Shown here piece after piece: positions 38,135-52,668 of a DNA stretch of 64,000 bases (the stretch's first letter is position 1; each line of letters opens with the position of its first letter). The translations under genes and the position numbers were made by a program. Below the pieces are notes generated by a model. The model saw nothing but the letters and a program-made list of their open reading frames with translations. It was not told the origin of the DNA and searched no databases. Origin of the DNA: Octopus bimaculoides. Its lineage: Eukaryota. The stretch lies in contig NC_068997.1 in NCBI RefSeq assembly GCF_001194135.2, forward strand, positions 11,821,420 to 11,885,419. The letters run 5' to 3'.

Positions 38135-41100
38135 GTGGACGATGCCTTACTGCGTTGACGCCTTCTTTTATGATACTTTAATTCCAATTCTTTGTGAGGA
38201 GTCAACGAATTCCTTCGCGCCTGACAGAGTAAAACGTTTCAGTGTTTTCACTGAATGCCATGCATAATTGATTACTTTAATACTGGTATGTTTCATGGTT
38301 TTTACCAAGCAACATATATCAACTCTCTGCCACCTTTACCAGATCTCGACCATCAATGGTTCTATCTATAACGATTGTGAGCAATTCCATTTGGAAGGGA
38401 TTTGTTGGGGATATGTGGATGTAATTGTATTTTATTCCTATAAGCCCCCGTTGATGTTATATAATATAAACATATATCATGAATTTATTTGGAATAAAAC
38501 GATAGAAATTCAGGCATGTAAATCCTGGTACATGGGCCAGGATCCTATTCTCATGAAAGTAAATTCTCCAATTCACGCTTAAATACGTTCACTTAATTTA
38601 TGGAGATTTAAGAAATAAAAGATCTGTTTCGCATATTTTTCCTACATTATTACAGTCATGGCTTCCTCATGATTTTTATTCATGTACACTGTTTAAGTGA
38701 ACATCAGCAGAAATATGTGCTTCATTATATATGCATCAAAATTAACAACATATTCTCCGGATGTATTAAATTTCCAAAAGATAACTCATAAATGATTTTG
38801 CATTCTAGTTCCTATATGAATGGCAAAACTGAAAGCAGAACCGGCGTTCTGAAAAATGTCCGTTGGGAAAAATGTGAGCTTCTAGATCAAGTGCAAATGA
38901 CAACACATGAAGAATGGATGATAAATGTATTTTTTATAAATATCAAATAGTGCGTTAATGCATGGGAAGACTACAATAATTGTTTTTCTTCTTTTACATC
39001 TTTTCCATCATATTTGAAATCGATCAATACATCGTGCAAAGATAACAAATCTTTCTAGTTGAAAATATATGTCGTGCTTTTGGTTAAGTATTCGGTTGTT
39101 GTATTGCATTGAAACAAAAATACTAAACTTGAAGTAGAGAAATAGTAAAACGCAAAAGATACATTAAATCATATACGAATGGCATTTTCATGCATATTAA
39201 TGAAATATGAGATAATTAATATCTCAAACTTGTATTATCACTTGACAATGTATTTAAAAAATAAAGCATGAAAACGCCTAATGATTCACCATTGTGAATA
39301 TAGAATGAAATGTGATAAAATGAATATCTGTGATACAAAAATTAAAGATATGATCTATTCAATTTTCTACGAAAATGATGCATTTTCCCTTCCGAGTGAA
39401 ATAGATTGCAGCTTCAATGCTTTCAAATGTTGGTTTCGAATAAATCTGTTCGTAAGACCTAAAATATTACACATGTGCATGCATATATATATGCATATAT
39501 AAAACAAAAACGCACACATATTTATACGATATAATATAATATCGATTTCTCGCATCGGTGAAATTAGGAGTGTTGTTCGGGCACTGATTTATATATATAT
39601 ATATATNNNNNNNNNNNNNNNNNNNNNNNNNNNNNNNNNNNNNNNNNNNNNNNNNNNNNNNNNNNNNNNNNNNNNNNNNNNNNNNNNNNNNNNNNNNNNN
39701 NNNNNNNNNNNNNNNNNNNNNNNNNNNNNNNNNNNNNNNNNNNNNNNNNNNNNNNNNNNNNNNNNNNNNNNNNNNNNNNNNNNNNNNNNNNNNNNNNNNN
39801 NNNNNNNNNNNNNNNNNNNNNNNNNNNNNNNNNNNNNNNNNNNNNNNNNNNNNNNNNNNNNNNNNNNNNNNNNNNNNNNNNNNNNNNNNNNNNNNNNNNN
39901 NNNNNNNNNNNNNNNNNNNNNNNNNNNNNNNNNNNNNNNNNNNNNNNNNNNNNNNNNNNNNNNNNNNNNNNNNNNNNNNNNNNNNNNNNNNNNNNNNNNN
40001 NNNNNNNNNNNNNNNNNNNNNNNNNNNNNNNNNNNNNNNNNNNNNNNNNNNNNNNNNNNNNNNNNNNNNNNNNNNNNNNNNNNNNNNNNNNNNNNNNNNN
40101 NNNNNNNNNNNNNNNNNNNNNNNNNNNNNNNNNNNNNNNNNNNNNNNNNNNNNNNNNNNNNNNNNNNNNNNNNNNNNNNNNNNNNNNNNNNNNNNNNNNN
40201 NNNNNNNNNNNNNNNNNNNNNNNNNNNNNNNNNNNNNNNNNNNNNNNNNNNNNNNNNNNNNNNNNNNNNNNNNNNNNNNNNNNNNNNNNNNNNNNNNNNN
40301 NNNNNNNNNNNNNNNNNNNNNNNNNNNNNNNNNNNNNNNNNNNNNNNNNNNNNNNNNNNNNNNNNNNNNNNNNNNNNNNNNNNNNNNNNNNNNNNNNNNN
40401 NNNNNNNNNNNNNNNNNNNNNNNNNNNNNNNNNNNNNNNNNNNNNNNNNNNNNNNNNNNNNNNNNNNNNNNNNNNNNNTATATATATATATATGAGTGTG
40501 TGTGTGAGAGTATGTATGCGTGTGTATGCATCTATGTGTGTGTGTGTGTGTGTTTGTGTGTGCATCGATTGTGATTCAAACGCCTTTTACGAATTTTTAG
40601 ATTTTTCTTGGGCTTTTTGTATATTTTAACACTAATTTTCCTATTTTGCTGTGAATATCTGGTAATATATGTATGCATACATATATGTACACGCCAGCAC
40701 ACACAACGATATATTTTTATAGATATATTAATCTGCATGCATTTTATATAACGTCCTAAAAATAGCGAAATACAAGAGCTAATCCACAGCTAATGTTCGA
40801 ACATAGTCCCACGGCACGGATGATCTGGGCAGTTAGCAGTATGTACGAATGTGCTGTAAAAAAATTATTTTCTAAGATCCATGAGCTTTGGAATACATGG
40901 AGGGGGGGGGGCTGGTGATATAGGAAGACTACCGAATGCAATACAGTGATGGAAGAAATGTGTGGAGAGAAGGAGGTAGGATAAATCTGAGAAGAGTATA
41001 ATCAAATGAGAAACGAGTTCAACATTAAGATGCTGAAGTTATCTCAAATAATAATTTCGGTGTTAAACAATTTACTTAATATTAAGAGATTTTTGAAGTT

Positions 41101-41157
41101 CGCGCACTTAATGGACGCATATAAATGCTTAGGTGAAGATTCATTATTCTTTTACAC

Positions 41158-41514
41158 GTTTCAGCCATTTGCCAACGGCTACGCTGGAGCACCACCTTAA
41201 AGGGCCTTAGTGGAAGAAATCGACCCTAGATCGTATGGTTTGTAAGCCAAGTACTTATTCTATCGGTACTTTTTGCCGAACCGCTAGTTTACGGGGACAT
41301 AATCTCACCAACATCGCCTATCAAGTAATAGTTGGGGCACAAACACAGACACAGAGACACGCATACATAAATATATATACAAGACAGGCTTCTTTCAGTT
41401 TCCGTCCACCAAATCTATTCATAAGGCTTGTGACGCTATAGTAGAGGACACTTGCCCACGATGCAACACAGTGGGACTGAGCCTGGAACCATGTCGTTGA
41501 AAAGTAACACGCAC
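41158..41514 (-). mobile_element. SINE family A, near full length
   Basis: Both halves are colinear with the other family A copies. Confidence 0.88.
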
Positions 41515-41781
41515 ATATATACATACACACACATGCACACATACATAAACACACCATAAACACAGGCATATATACATGGGCATATAGAATTGCATACAGA
41601 TGTATGTATGTATGGGTGTATGTATGTATGTATGTATGCGTGTATGTATGTATGGGTGTATGTATGTATGTATGTATGTATGTATGTATGCATGTATGTA
41701 TGTATGTGCAGGCAAGTGGCTAAGTGGTTTACAGTCTTGAATTTATTATCGTAATTTTGCTGCAACTGGTAAGATTATGTA

Positions 41782-41866
41782 GAGGGTGCAAATTTTGATC
41801 TTGCACCCCCTGAATATTCTAGGGGGTGCGGGTGCACCTGCTGCACCCCCTGTTCCCGGGCCCTTG
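41782..41866. mobile_element. GC-rich terminus of a probable hAT-type non-autonomous element
   Basis: Alternating GCACCCCCT/AGGGGGTGC motifs end in CTGTTCCCGGGCCCTTG. The partner end was not found. Confidence 0.35.
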
Positions 41867-42556
41867 TCGATGACTTGTGATTGTGTGTAAAACATTTCAC
41901 GTTGCTCCCGTCTCCGCAACGGACTGGTGTCTTCTCAATAGGCGTGGGTATACATACACCACAGAATCCAGGAAACCAATTCTATAGTACTATGACTCGG
42001 GAAGGATCTTCGATCTTTTATTGATTTTATGTATATGCATACACATATACAGACAGAGAGACAGATAGACACATGTGAGTAGATGACCCCATTCGTCTAC
42101 TTATGTGAGCTTGTTTAGTTTGAGCAATCGAAAACATTATTGCGTATCCTTTCAATGGATCTCAATGAAGAGCTACATAAACCTCTGCCAAACATTCTCA
42201 ATTTATCTATTTACTGAGAGAAATGTTTAAATCGGCGCTTAAAAGGAAACTTATCTCGCAATACTTCTGCATTTAGATTTTCATTATGATGTCAGTGCTT
42301 CAAATCCCTATTTTGATCCATTTAAATTGACAAAACTGAACCAGATATACAGGCATTTTACACGATATACTGACGTATCATTTTAGACCAAAATTAATAT
42401 ATTTTCCTAAACACTTGAAAATAATGTGGCAGGATCAATGCGTTATTTTAGAAGTTTTTTCCTGATTGTCCTCGAATTCACGGAGTAGTGGGATTTAATT
42501 TGTATTCCATTGATACAAATTTCAACATGATATATGGTAGCATTACACACATGTTC

Positions 42557-42655
42557 AAGGTGGCGAGCTAGCAGAGTTGTCACCATGCCGTGCAAAAGAT
42601 GCTTCGCAGCAATTCATCTGAGTTCAGATTCGTTGAGGTCGACTGTGCTTTTTAT
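42557..42655 (+). mobile_element. SINE family B 5' fragment
   Basis: AAGGTGGCGAGCTAGCAGAG..GAGTTCAGATTC..GAGGTCGAC. Confidence 0.65.
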
Positions 42656-43080
42656 ATTCATTTTATTTCAATAAAATATATACCACTTGAAACATTTCTC
42701 AATTCTTTATTTATAATAATATTTATAAACGTCTTTTAAATAATACATTAGACAAGAATACTAGACATATTTTAATAGACGCTTGCGTAATTAAAACTGT
42801 TTACATCAGACTTTATTTTTATACTCCTACGTCCTTCAGATCACAAACCGTTGTAAAATAAACAAAATACAATACACGAAAACGAATTTAAAAAATGCAA
42901 AGAAGTAATATATCATTTAGGTTTATCTAGAAACTAATTCAAATAATTATGTAAGAATTATGCTCACACTACTTTCATTCACCAAATAGTTTTCTACTTT
43001 GATGAGAAAAAGTTCCAGATTCCGGAAAACATTATTTATTGCAAATTTGGAAAAGAGTGGAAATATTTGATATAAATATC

Positions 43081-43187
43081 AAGGGGGTGAGCTGGCAGAA
43101 ACGTTAGCACGCCGCACGAAATGCTTAGCAGTATTTCGTCGGTCTTTATGTTTTGAGTTCGAATTCCGCAAGGGTCGGCTGTGCCTA
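43081..43187 (+). mobile_element. SINE family B 5' half
   Basis: GAGCTGGCAGAAACGTTAGCACGCC..GAGTTCGAATTCC (B-box). Confidence 0.8.
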
Positions 43188-43464
43188 TTATTGTTTCGGC
43201 GTCTAGACATGCAACTATAATGCATGAAAATACATACATAAAACAAAACATACACATCTGCACACATGCATACATACATGCAAAATACCCTGTTGATGGT
43301 ATCAGAATTACTATGAAGGAGCCGCGGGTCTACGTTAGAAAACGGCTCTTTCTCTATTGGCAAGAAATCTTGAAACAAAACCGGAAAAATGACATACATA
43401 CGAGTGTTTACACACACACACACAAACTTACTTATACATATACGTGTGCGTTTGTATGCGTGTT

Positions 43465-43497
<33 letters not shown>

Positions 43498-44305
43498 GTA
43501 CATATTATACGTATATTTAAAATTCTTTCACATACAGATAAACATATATCCAACATTTTTCTTATAAAACGGTTTTTGTGAATACAATGAATGAGTTCAC
43601 CACTTTATATTTCCATTTCCCCAGACGGCGAATTAGTAAAGTCATTGAAGCGCCAGACAACATACCAGGATATATTTCTTGCTATTCTTTACCCATTGTG
43701 TTCACATAGCATCGATATGACTTGTTACCTTTCTTTCTTTCGAGGTCAAAATATCAAACTGATGCGGAAGCTTGCCAGCACTGAAAGGACAATGAACAAT
43801 TTGCCTTGCAATATTATCTCCTATCTCTTTACGTTCTAAATTCATTTTGCTACAGCCTAATTCGTTGATAGACATATTGTAATATCCAGTGTGAGACCAC
43901 CATATTGCATTATTCCAAATAAGAGATTAAATATGTTACTTGAAAATCATCTTGAACTGAAGAATTCGTTTCGAGGGCGGACAGAAGGATCTAATGTAAA
44001 ATCTACAGATCCTTTTGTTTTAAATGTGTTAGCAGTTTCGGATAAAATTTATTTTCGTATTTTGCTATTCAATCATTTCATTTTATGTTCATGAATCCTT
44101 ATCAGCTATAATTTTTGATACAGCGGATGTGTCATTCTGAATAAAAAGTGCCCAAGGATTCAAATTACATTTTGAACACATATTTAATTCCCAAATATTT
44201 TCTTTCTCTTCTTCAGCAGATTATAAGAACGGTGTTGATTTTGCAACTGTTCGGTTTTATGTTCCATCGGGGCACCCAATAGCGATGTGCATGTGGGTGT
44301 TTGTA

Positions 44306-44362
<57 letters not shown>

Positions 44363-46044
44363 ACGCGTATAGAATGAGACACAAAAACCACATTATCTTG
44401 ATATGCTTTACTACTGAATAAGAATATTTCCTCTTCCTTCTATGAGAACTCTACGAGAATATCTATATAAACATGGGTTATGAATACTTGCTTTTGCACG
44501 GGAAAACAAAAAAAAATTTCATTGTCTTCTTTTGTTAGCTAGTAATTAATTATTACTTTAAATTTATTTACTACTAAATATTTTTAGTGTACCATCTGCA
44601 CAGTATATCTAAATAATATTATTTTCCTTTTATCGTATTGTATTAATTTCAAAGTTATTTGATACGGCAGGATAAGCAACTAATAGAAAAATATGACGAC
44701 TATAGACGTACATTTTATTCCACAAATAGTAATTTCTGAATTATTTATTTGTAATATAGTAAGTAATGTTAACAAATAGTTATGCCTCATATTCTTAACT
44801 CTTCTTTTCAAAAGAAATAAATCGTGCTTTCCGGAATATACATTATCATGAAATATTTATTATTTATATTAAATATTTATAAAACTAACATGTTTCAGTA
44901 ATTTTAAGACGTACGCTATTGTGGAAAACAATCTCATGCAGCTATGTAATAACCTGATGTTAATTATTCTTTTTATTTAAATTTCAAATAGTTATTACTG
45001 ATTTAACTGTACGATACGTGATGAAAATATAAACGAAATTAAATAGCAACTGCTGCTTTAAGATGTCTTCTTTAACTCCTCACTCATTCGACGTTGCTTC
45101 TTCTATCATCCCTTTAACGTATCTGCCATATAGTATCACTGTAATTAAGACGTTACTTTTAAGAATATGTATGGTACTTCTCCCACAATCTCAATTATCT
45201 TTCCTATCTTCCTATTTAAATCACACTTTCTGATCAATACTTTCCAACATTTAGCCATTTCCCTTTTATTGATTATTTTTAATTAACTAAACGATTAAAC
45301 TGCACCCTTTTATTTATACATTTCATGAACATTTACCAGAGGTTAGTCGTGTAATTATACTGAAGGTCTTGATCAAAATAAAATAATTACATTTCCTTTT
45401 GTAAACGTATTGACTCATGGCTACAGTTCTGGTTAACTTGAGCATTTGATTAATACCACAACTTACATAGATGCATGTATACATACATACATACATACAT
45501 ACAAACATATATACATACATATATACATGCACACACCTACACATACACAAGCGCACATTTATATCGAATCATATATGCATACACACATATATATATATAT
45601 GTTTATATACACGCGCACACACACTTATCTGTCTATCTATCTATGTATCTGCTGCGATTGTTTAATGTGTACAACTCCTAATATATTGATCGGTAATGTA
45701 CAAAATATATTTTTAGAAACAAAGTTTTCACTGAGATATTCAACGGTGGTCTTTATATCCCTTAGGGGTCCATATATGATTTTGTTATTTAAATTCATGA
45801 GCAATTATTTGGTTATACTTCTAAAATATACAAAATTTCAAAATACTATTTAATTGAATTCCTAATATATAATTATAAAAACAGAATAGGATTTTTGGAA
45901 CATCGAATGCTCATAGGAGTCCACCTCAGTAAAATAGGAATAAAAGGGGCCATAATTAAGAGATGGCTCAGAACCTCTGCATTAGAGAATCTGATGAAGC
46001 GAAGTTAATTGTTGCATGCATTTTAATTAGCATACAGTCGAATA

Positions 46045-46095
<51 letters not shown>

Positions 46096-46105
46096 GCATA
46101 CACAT

Positions 46106-46300
46106 AATATTCTTTCCTACTCTAGGCACAAGGCCTGAAATTTTGGGGGAGGGTCCAGTCGATCAGATTGGCCCCAGTGCGTAACTGGTTCCCGAAACGA
46201 TGAAAGGCAAAGTCGGCCTCGGCGGAATTTGAACTCAAATTCCGCTGAGGTCAACTTTGCTTTTAATTATCAATAACGTAAAGTACCAGTCAAGTACTGA
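46106..46300. mobile_element. Fold-back of two SINE family B 3' halves joined at the B-box
   Basis: A minus half (46106-46236) is fused to a plus half (46233-46300), giving a 26-bp inverted repeat at 46207-46260. Confidence 0.75.
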
Positions 46301-47086
46301 CAGGTGTAATACACGTTTCCATGATTGCTGACCTTGTGCCAAAATTACAATGTATTATTATGAATATTTCATTATTTCATTTAATTAATATTATTGTCCT
46401 TTGTTATTCTTTTTCAGACTCTTCACGTTAGACTGCGTAGTGCCCCTGTCTGTCTTTCATATCCTTAGCGCATAATGCGTTCGTGAGCATGTACGAACGT
46501 GAGTGCATTCTGTTCAAGCACCGTGTCTATATTTGGAGACGTAGCCTCGATAAACTTATATCTTGATCCCATCAATCTCCGCTTTCACGTATTCCTATAC
46601 TGTCATTTCCTTCATCCTCTTGTTATGATTACCTGATGGCATTTAAATTCAACACTATACTTTTCTTGTATTATGCTGATGATGCTGAGTAAGAGGACTG
46701 CATTGTGTTGCATAATAAATCCAAAGGTATCACATAATAACAGTAGTTATTTTATTGAGACACGTGTATATTATATATAAAGTATAAAATGCCAGTTGCA
46801 TGTTCTGTGTACATTCTTTTATAGGATGGATCTGATTCTGGACACTAGCCTATGTCAAGCTATATTGGCTACTATCAAGCCGCATTGAACATAGGAGCAG
46901 AACTTGGAACATCTACATTGGATGCATACATACATACATACATATATACATACATAAATGCTATTGAAATGTGTACATACAGAGAGATGTGTGTGTGTGT
47001 GCATGAATATGTATATATATATATATATATATATACTTTATATGTTATATGTTTATATATACATATATACTTTATATATATGTATA

Positions 47087-47122
<36 letters not shown>

Positions 47123-49674
47123 TCGAAGTCAAGCGCAGCACGTTATTATCGCCACCTCTAATATATATTTCAATTTTAAATCAGAAACTACAAACTCTAC
47201 TTTTTTTTTTTTGATGTTCATATCTAACAAAAACTAGATTCAACTGAATATTAAATTATTTCAAATTCACAGTGAATATTTCAAGTTATCTTAAATAACA
47301 ATATACCAAAATAACAGGCGTTTTTCATCATATTTCTGGCAATTTTTACTAGCTGTGTCACTTTCCAAATAAACATAGCATGTGGTTTATATTACAATTT
47401 TTTCTTTGTGGCCTAAACTTACCGAATTTATGGAATCTATCTTGAATTTGTTTTGGTAACTTTTGATACTAAAACTTTAGCAAAATAACCTTCTTCGTTA
47501 TGCAATGGTTGCAAAAATATTTCCGATGAAAGTAATACATATTTTGAAGTAATAATACGCGCAATATAATGAATTTCTTGCAAAAATATCTGTAAAGCAT
47601 CTAAAGAATTCATTGGGAATTTGCAGTTAATTATTTAAAAAATATGATGAATGTGCATACTGTTTGTATCATTACATTTCTAGATCAAACAACCAGACAC
47701 CCATGTTTATGGGAAAGCCATTACTTCATCGACAACAAACACTTGAAGTATGCTAATCATGTCAGTCTCTATATGTCTAAGTATACTATATAGTTAATGT
47801 AAATATGAAATACGTGATTTTTCCCTCGTGGTAATGTATAAAAGTTTGACGAAGTTTGGTTTAATATTCTTAGAAGTTTAACACCATAAACTTGAGCTAC
47901 TGTTTGAATTTTGAATTACGACATTGTTGAACGACAATGAATAAAAAGAGTGTCTCCCAAATATTACTTGTAGATATCTTTAATATTGCTTTTCATTCAG
48001 CTATGTTACAGTTCGCCAGCTTTATAGGAGGAATAAAATCACCTTCAAATTGCTTAATGGGAAAGTTCTGATAGGAAACATTAATCTAAAAATGAATCTC
48101 AAGGATGTTTAAAGCATGATATAATGTTCCAAATAACATGATACAACACTGACGTAAAACAGGTTCTGTAGCAAAATATGAAAAACTGACATGAAACCTT
48201 TGATAGACTTGGAAATTACAGATCACGAAACAACATTGATTGAAGAAAATGAGTCAATTGCAAATTATCGTCGATTCTATGACGCATTCATAATGCTACT
48301 GGAATACATAAACGTTATTCGACAGAGTGTGTCTTCATACGCGAGTGCAAAACCATTTTATCTATACAAAAGAAGCCATAGCATCAGCTTTATATATTCT
48401 ACGCTTAAAACGTAAGAAAAGAAACAAAAACTGGGATACTTTTTCAAAGTTTCTATGAAAGCGGGAATACGAACCATATACAGTAAAGAAAAGACAGCAG
48501 ATAGTAAAAATATCTTTAAACTTCACTGAATATATGTGAGTTCATTGCAATTAAAACCGAATATAATATTGGGAGAAAATTATATTTATGTGATTGGAAT
48601 AACTTCTCACATTGTATCACATGTCATCCATTCAGGAGCATGACATGCTTCATAATAATGTGCTCAATCTTGCGAATGTTAAAGTGGTATTATTTAGGTT
48701 GTAATATATCACGACAAAGGCTCAGTCGGAAATATTAAGCCACAATGATCTAAATGACAAACTAGGCGAATGGATGTTGTAAAGTTTTACAGGAAAATTT
48801 TCAAGTTGTTATAGAGATTGATAGTCTTCCCAATAGATTAAGAATAACGTGTAGTGTGCAGCAGAAATCTTTCTTGGCAACTTGTTCCAGGTGTTTCGTT
48901 TACACACGCACTAGTTTCACTGAATCAATAATTAAAACAAAAACGTCTATAAATTATTCCTCTGATAATTGCAGCACAGAAATTATAAACCGTAAGGTCA
49001 TATACATTATGACTGTTTGTAGCCGGCATTCAAGTTACTGGGAAAGAATATCAAAATTCCGTTGCGAAACATCTATTATATGTCCGCTTGGATAGACTGG
49101 AATAAGATGAGTGGTCAGCACTCTGTTACAAGTCATATTTGACACTGGAATTATAAATATGGCTTACATCTATGCCTTTATTACTAACACCGGGAGAAAG
49201 CTGCGGACGACTGTCAGAACGAATTCTCATGCAAACGTTTAAACAGGATCCGTGTCAGTTTTGCAAAGAATCATTATATAATTCGACTGAATTATTGCTT
49301 CTCTATGTGTCAACATTCATAACGTCAATACAATTACTAAACTAGATTCAATAGCATTGTTAATCTCGACAAATTCGTATCTATGCAGCAAGTGGCCAAC
49401 CGTGATGTGTGGAAAGCTTTAAGTTTATAATTCTCAAAAGAGAGAGGGATAATGGAAGATATTAATGAACATTGGAAACGACTGAAATCATTGAAAATAC
49501 TAGAGATGCATGCCAAAATATTTGTATATTGCATCTTGCATTAAGAGTGGTGTTGCGGAGGTTGGAAAAATACAACAGCCCTTTAATACTATACCAAAAT
49601 AAGTAATCAATCTACCTGTGTGTGTGCGCACGTGTGTGTGTGTGTGTGTATGTGTGTGTGTTTATGTGTGTATG

Positions 49675-49730
<56 letters not shown>

Positions 49731-50699
49731 TGTGTGTGTGTACTTGCAGGATTATATATATGTGTGTGTGTACTTGTAGGATTAATTTGAATCAAAGTAT
49801 TTTAATATTAAAGACACTATGCGATGGTGGAGATCACCACGTCTGTCTATAAACTATATACAGACATATCTGTATATACCCATCATATACCTACATATGC
49901 ATATATGTACACATTTGCAGGCACAGGATAGGTTTCCGAAGTGTTGTTTACATAAAATAAGAATACATATTGGTTGAAAGCTCACTACAGCTGTTTCGGA
50001 TGCGTTTTTGCTATTAATGAATAATTCAATTGCATCATGGAAAAAAAATGTTTTCATTAGATGAATTAGCAATTTAAAATTTGGTACGTGGTGGATTGCG
50101 GGTTGACCCTCTCATTACGGCAACAATGAAGTGAGTGACCCTCAGATATGTCTGCTCTAATCCTTACAGATTTACCAGCATGCTTCACAGTTTAGGGACC
50201 ATACAATCAAAGCTGAGACTTTATGTGAGATATAAACTCACCCCTAAGTGAGAAAAATGCCGATAATGATTAATTAAAGAGTACAGATTTTTTTATTCAG
50301 TCATTGGCTATTTATTATATTCAAGATACTATTTCGTCTGCTTATCAATGTTGATGTGGACAGGGAAGACTTGACAGTTGGAACCCCTCCCCATGGCATC
50401 GAGGCTCATGCAGCTCACGACAATTGATTTTGGCTGCTAAATAATTGGCAAGCTGCTGATGCAGTATCTGCTGTCACTTCGGCTGCCCAAGTAAGATTTT
50501 TTTTTTTTGTTGTTTACAAAATGAATTCCAGTGTTCTGCGTTCCATCTCTGTCCGAATTATACTTCGGAAAACTGGCTTAGTCCTGGACTTAGAATTCGA
50601 AAGTGTTTTTAGGAACGAAACCTCCCGAAACATTAACAGAATTCAGCCGTTATGTGTATGTAAATATGTATATATATGTATATATAAGCATATAGATAT

Positions 50700-50985
<286 letters not shown>

Positions 50986-52006
50986 ACATATGCCCATTGA
51001 TTTCTTTAAGGCTAAATTCTGAAAACAGATAAATAAAACAAATACTGTTTAAGCCGCGAACTAAATCAAATACTTGCAGCTTCTGGTATTTACTAGTATT
51101 ATTCGGTTGGACTCATTAACTTGTCAAATTCACAACTGCAAATCCAGAGAATTAATGATTGTTCAGTTGGAATCTGTGACTACCCATGCTGTGCTCACAG
51201 AATCTCATGAGAATTAAAAAGGAAAATAAGTGAACTTGATAATGCTATTTGCACAGAAGATTGAAATGAAACAGTCCATAAAATAAGAAACATTCAAATG
51301 GAAATAATGTAACTCATAGTCTTATAATACGGAAACAAAAAATATCTTAGAAATATGCCAGAGACTTCCATTTAAGAATATATACTAAGAGCGTACTATT
51401 TGATAGTATTGTACTCACTGAGGATTCAAGGAAGGAAAAAAAAAACAGATAAAAAATAAGAGAGAAAAATAACAACAATAATACAAACATTTACACGTTT
51501 ACTAGTTGGATTAAAGTAAGTAAATTCTGAATCATATAAAATAAATTTTTGTGGGAATAAGATATTTAAGGGAATAATCGGAGAAGAAATAGGACATATC
51601 CTTGCAGGTTTAAGCGGAAAGCAGCATTACTGGAAAAAATAAAAGAAACACATGTTCCGAATAATCCTCAGGATAAGAAATTTGATTACTAATGTGGAAA
51701 GACAGGTAACTAGCTTGGAAGATGTTGTTCACGAAATTCAGGATTGCAATTTTACTCAAATAATACTAGACAACCATGAGAAGGGATATAGAACACCTCT
51801 AACACAAAATATACTATATAATTTTTCATGAAATATGATTGAGTTACATTTGTGTGTGTGTGTATCTATGCATACATATGCATTAAATTATATAATGTTA
51901 TATTATATATATATATATATATGATATGATATTTTTAAATGATATATATATACATCATATATATGTGTGCATTGCGTAATGTATATACGTATGTATATAC
52001 ATATAT

Positions 52007-52121
<115 letters not shown>

Positions 52122-52599
52122 ACCAGCAAAATACACGAGAGAAAAACAATATTGTGTGACAAAAGCAATATTCTTTATCAAATGCCTGCTGGAATACATG
52201 AGTAATTTAAAGGAATATATCCATATATCATCGTCTGCGATAAATATGCAATCTGCACATATTTCCGGACAGAATGATTATATCTACACATATTAAGGAA
52301 AGAAAACTGTCAGTATTGAAATGTTTCAATACTGGAATGTTACATAAGGACCTCCCAAATGAATTGTACGCTTTATGAAATAGCGTAATTCTTTTTAATG
52401 TTAATTCTTTATAACGATAATGATTGAAGAGGGTGTCGATAAGACAATTGATTTATTATCATTGCAATAGGCAAGGCGGCGACTCAGCTGAATCTTTAGC
52501 ACGACGGACAAGCATTTCGTTCCTCTTCATTTTCTGTGTTGAAATTCTTGTGAAAGTAACCAAAGTGTAGACGAGTATTCAATTGTCCTCCCTCCTTCC

Positions 52600-52668
<69 letters not shown>

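Noticed and set aside
48191-49095. ORFs MKPLIDLEIT.. and ..SSDNCSTEIINRK.. as gene or transposase
   Set aside because: Only a faint resemblance to an SDNC transposase motif, with weak splice signals and no recognisable domain.
51540-51830. Possible gag knuckle remnant (DY*CGKTGN*LGRC) or exon RFKRKAALLEK..
   Set aside because: Too degenerate to choose between the interpretations.
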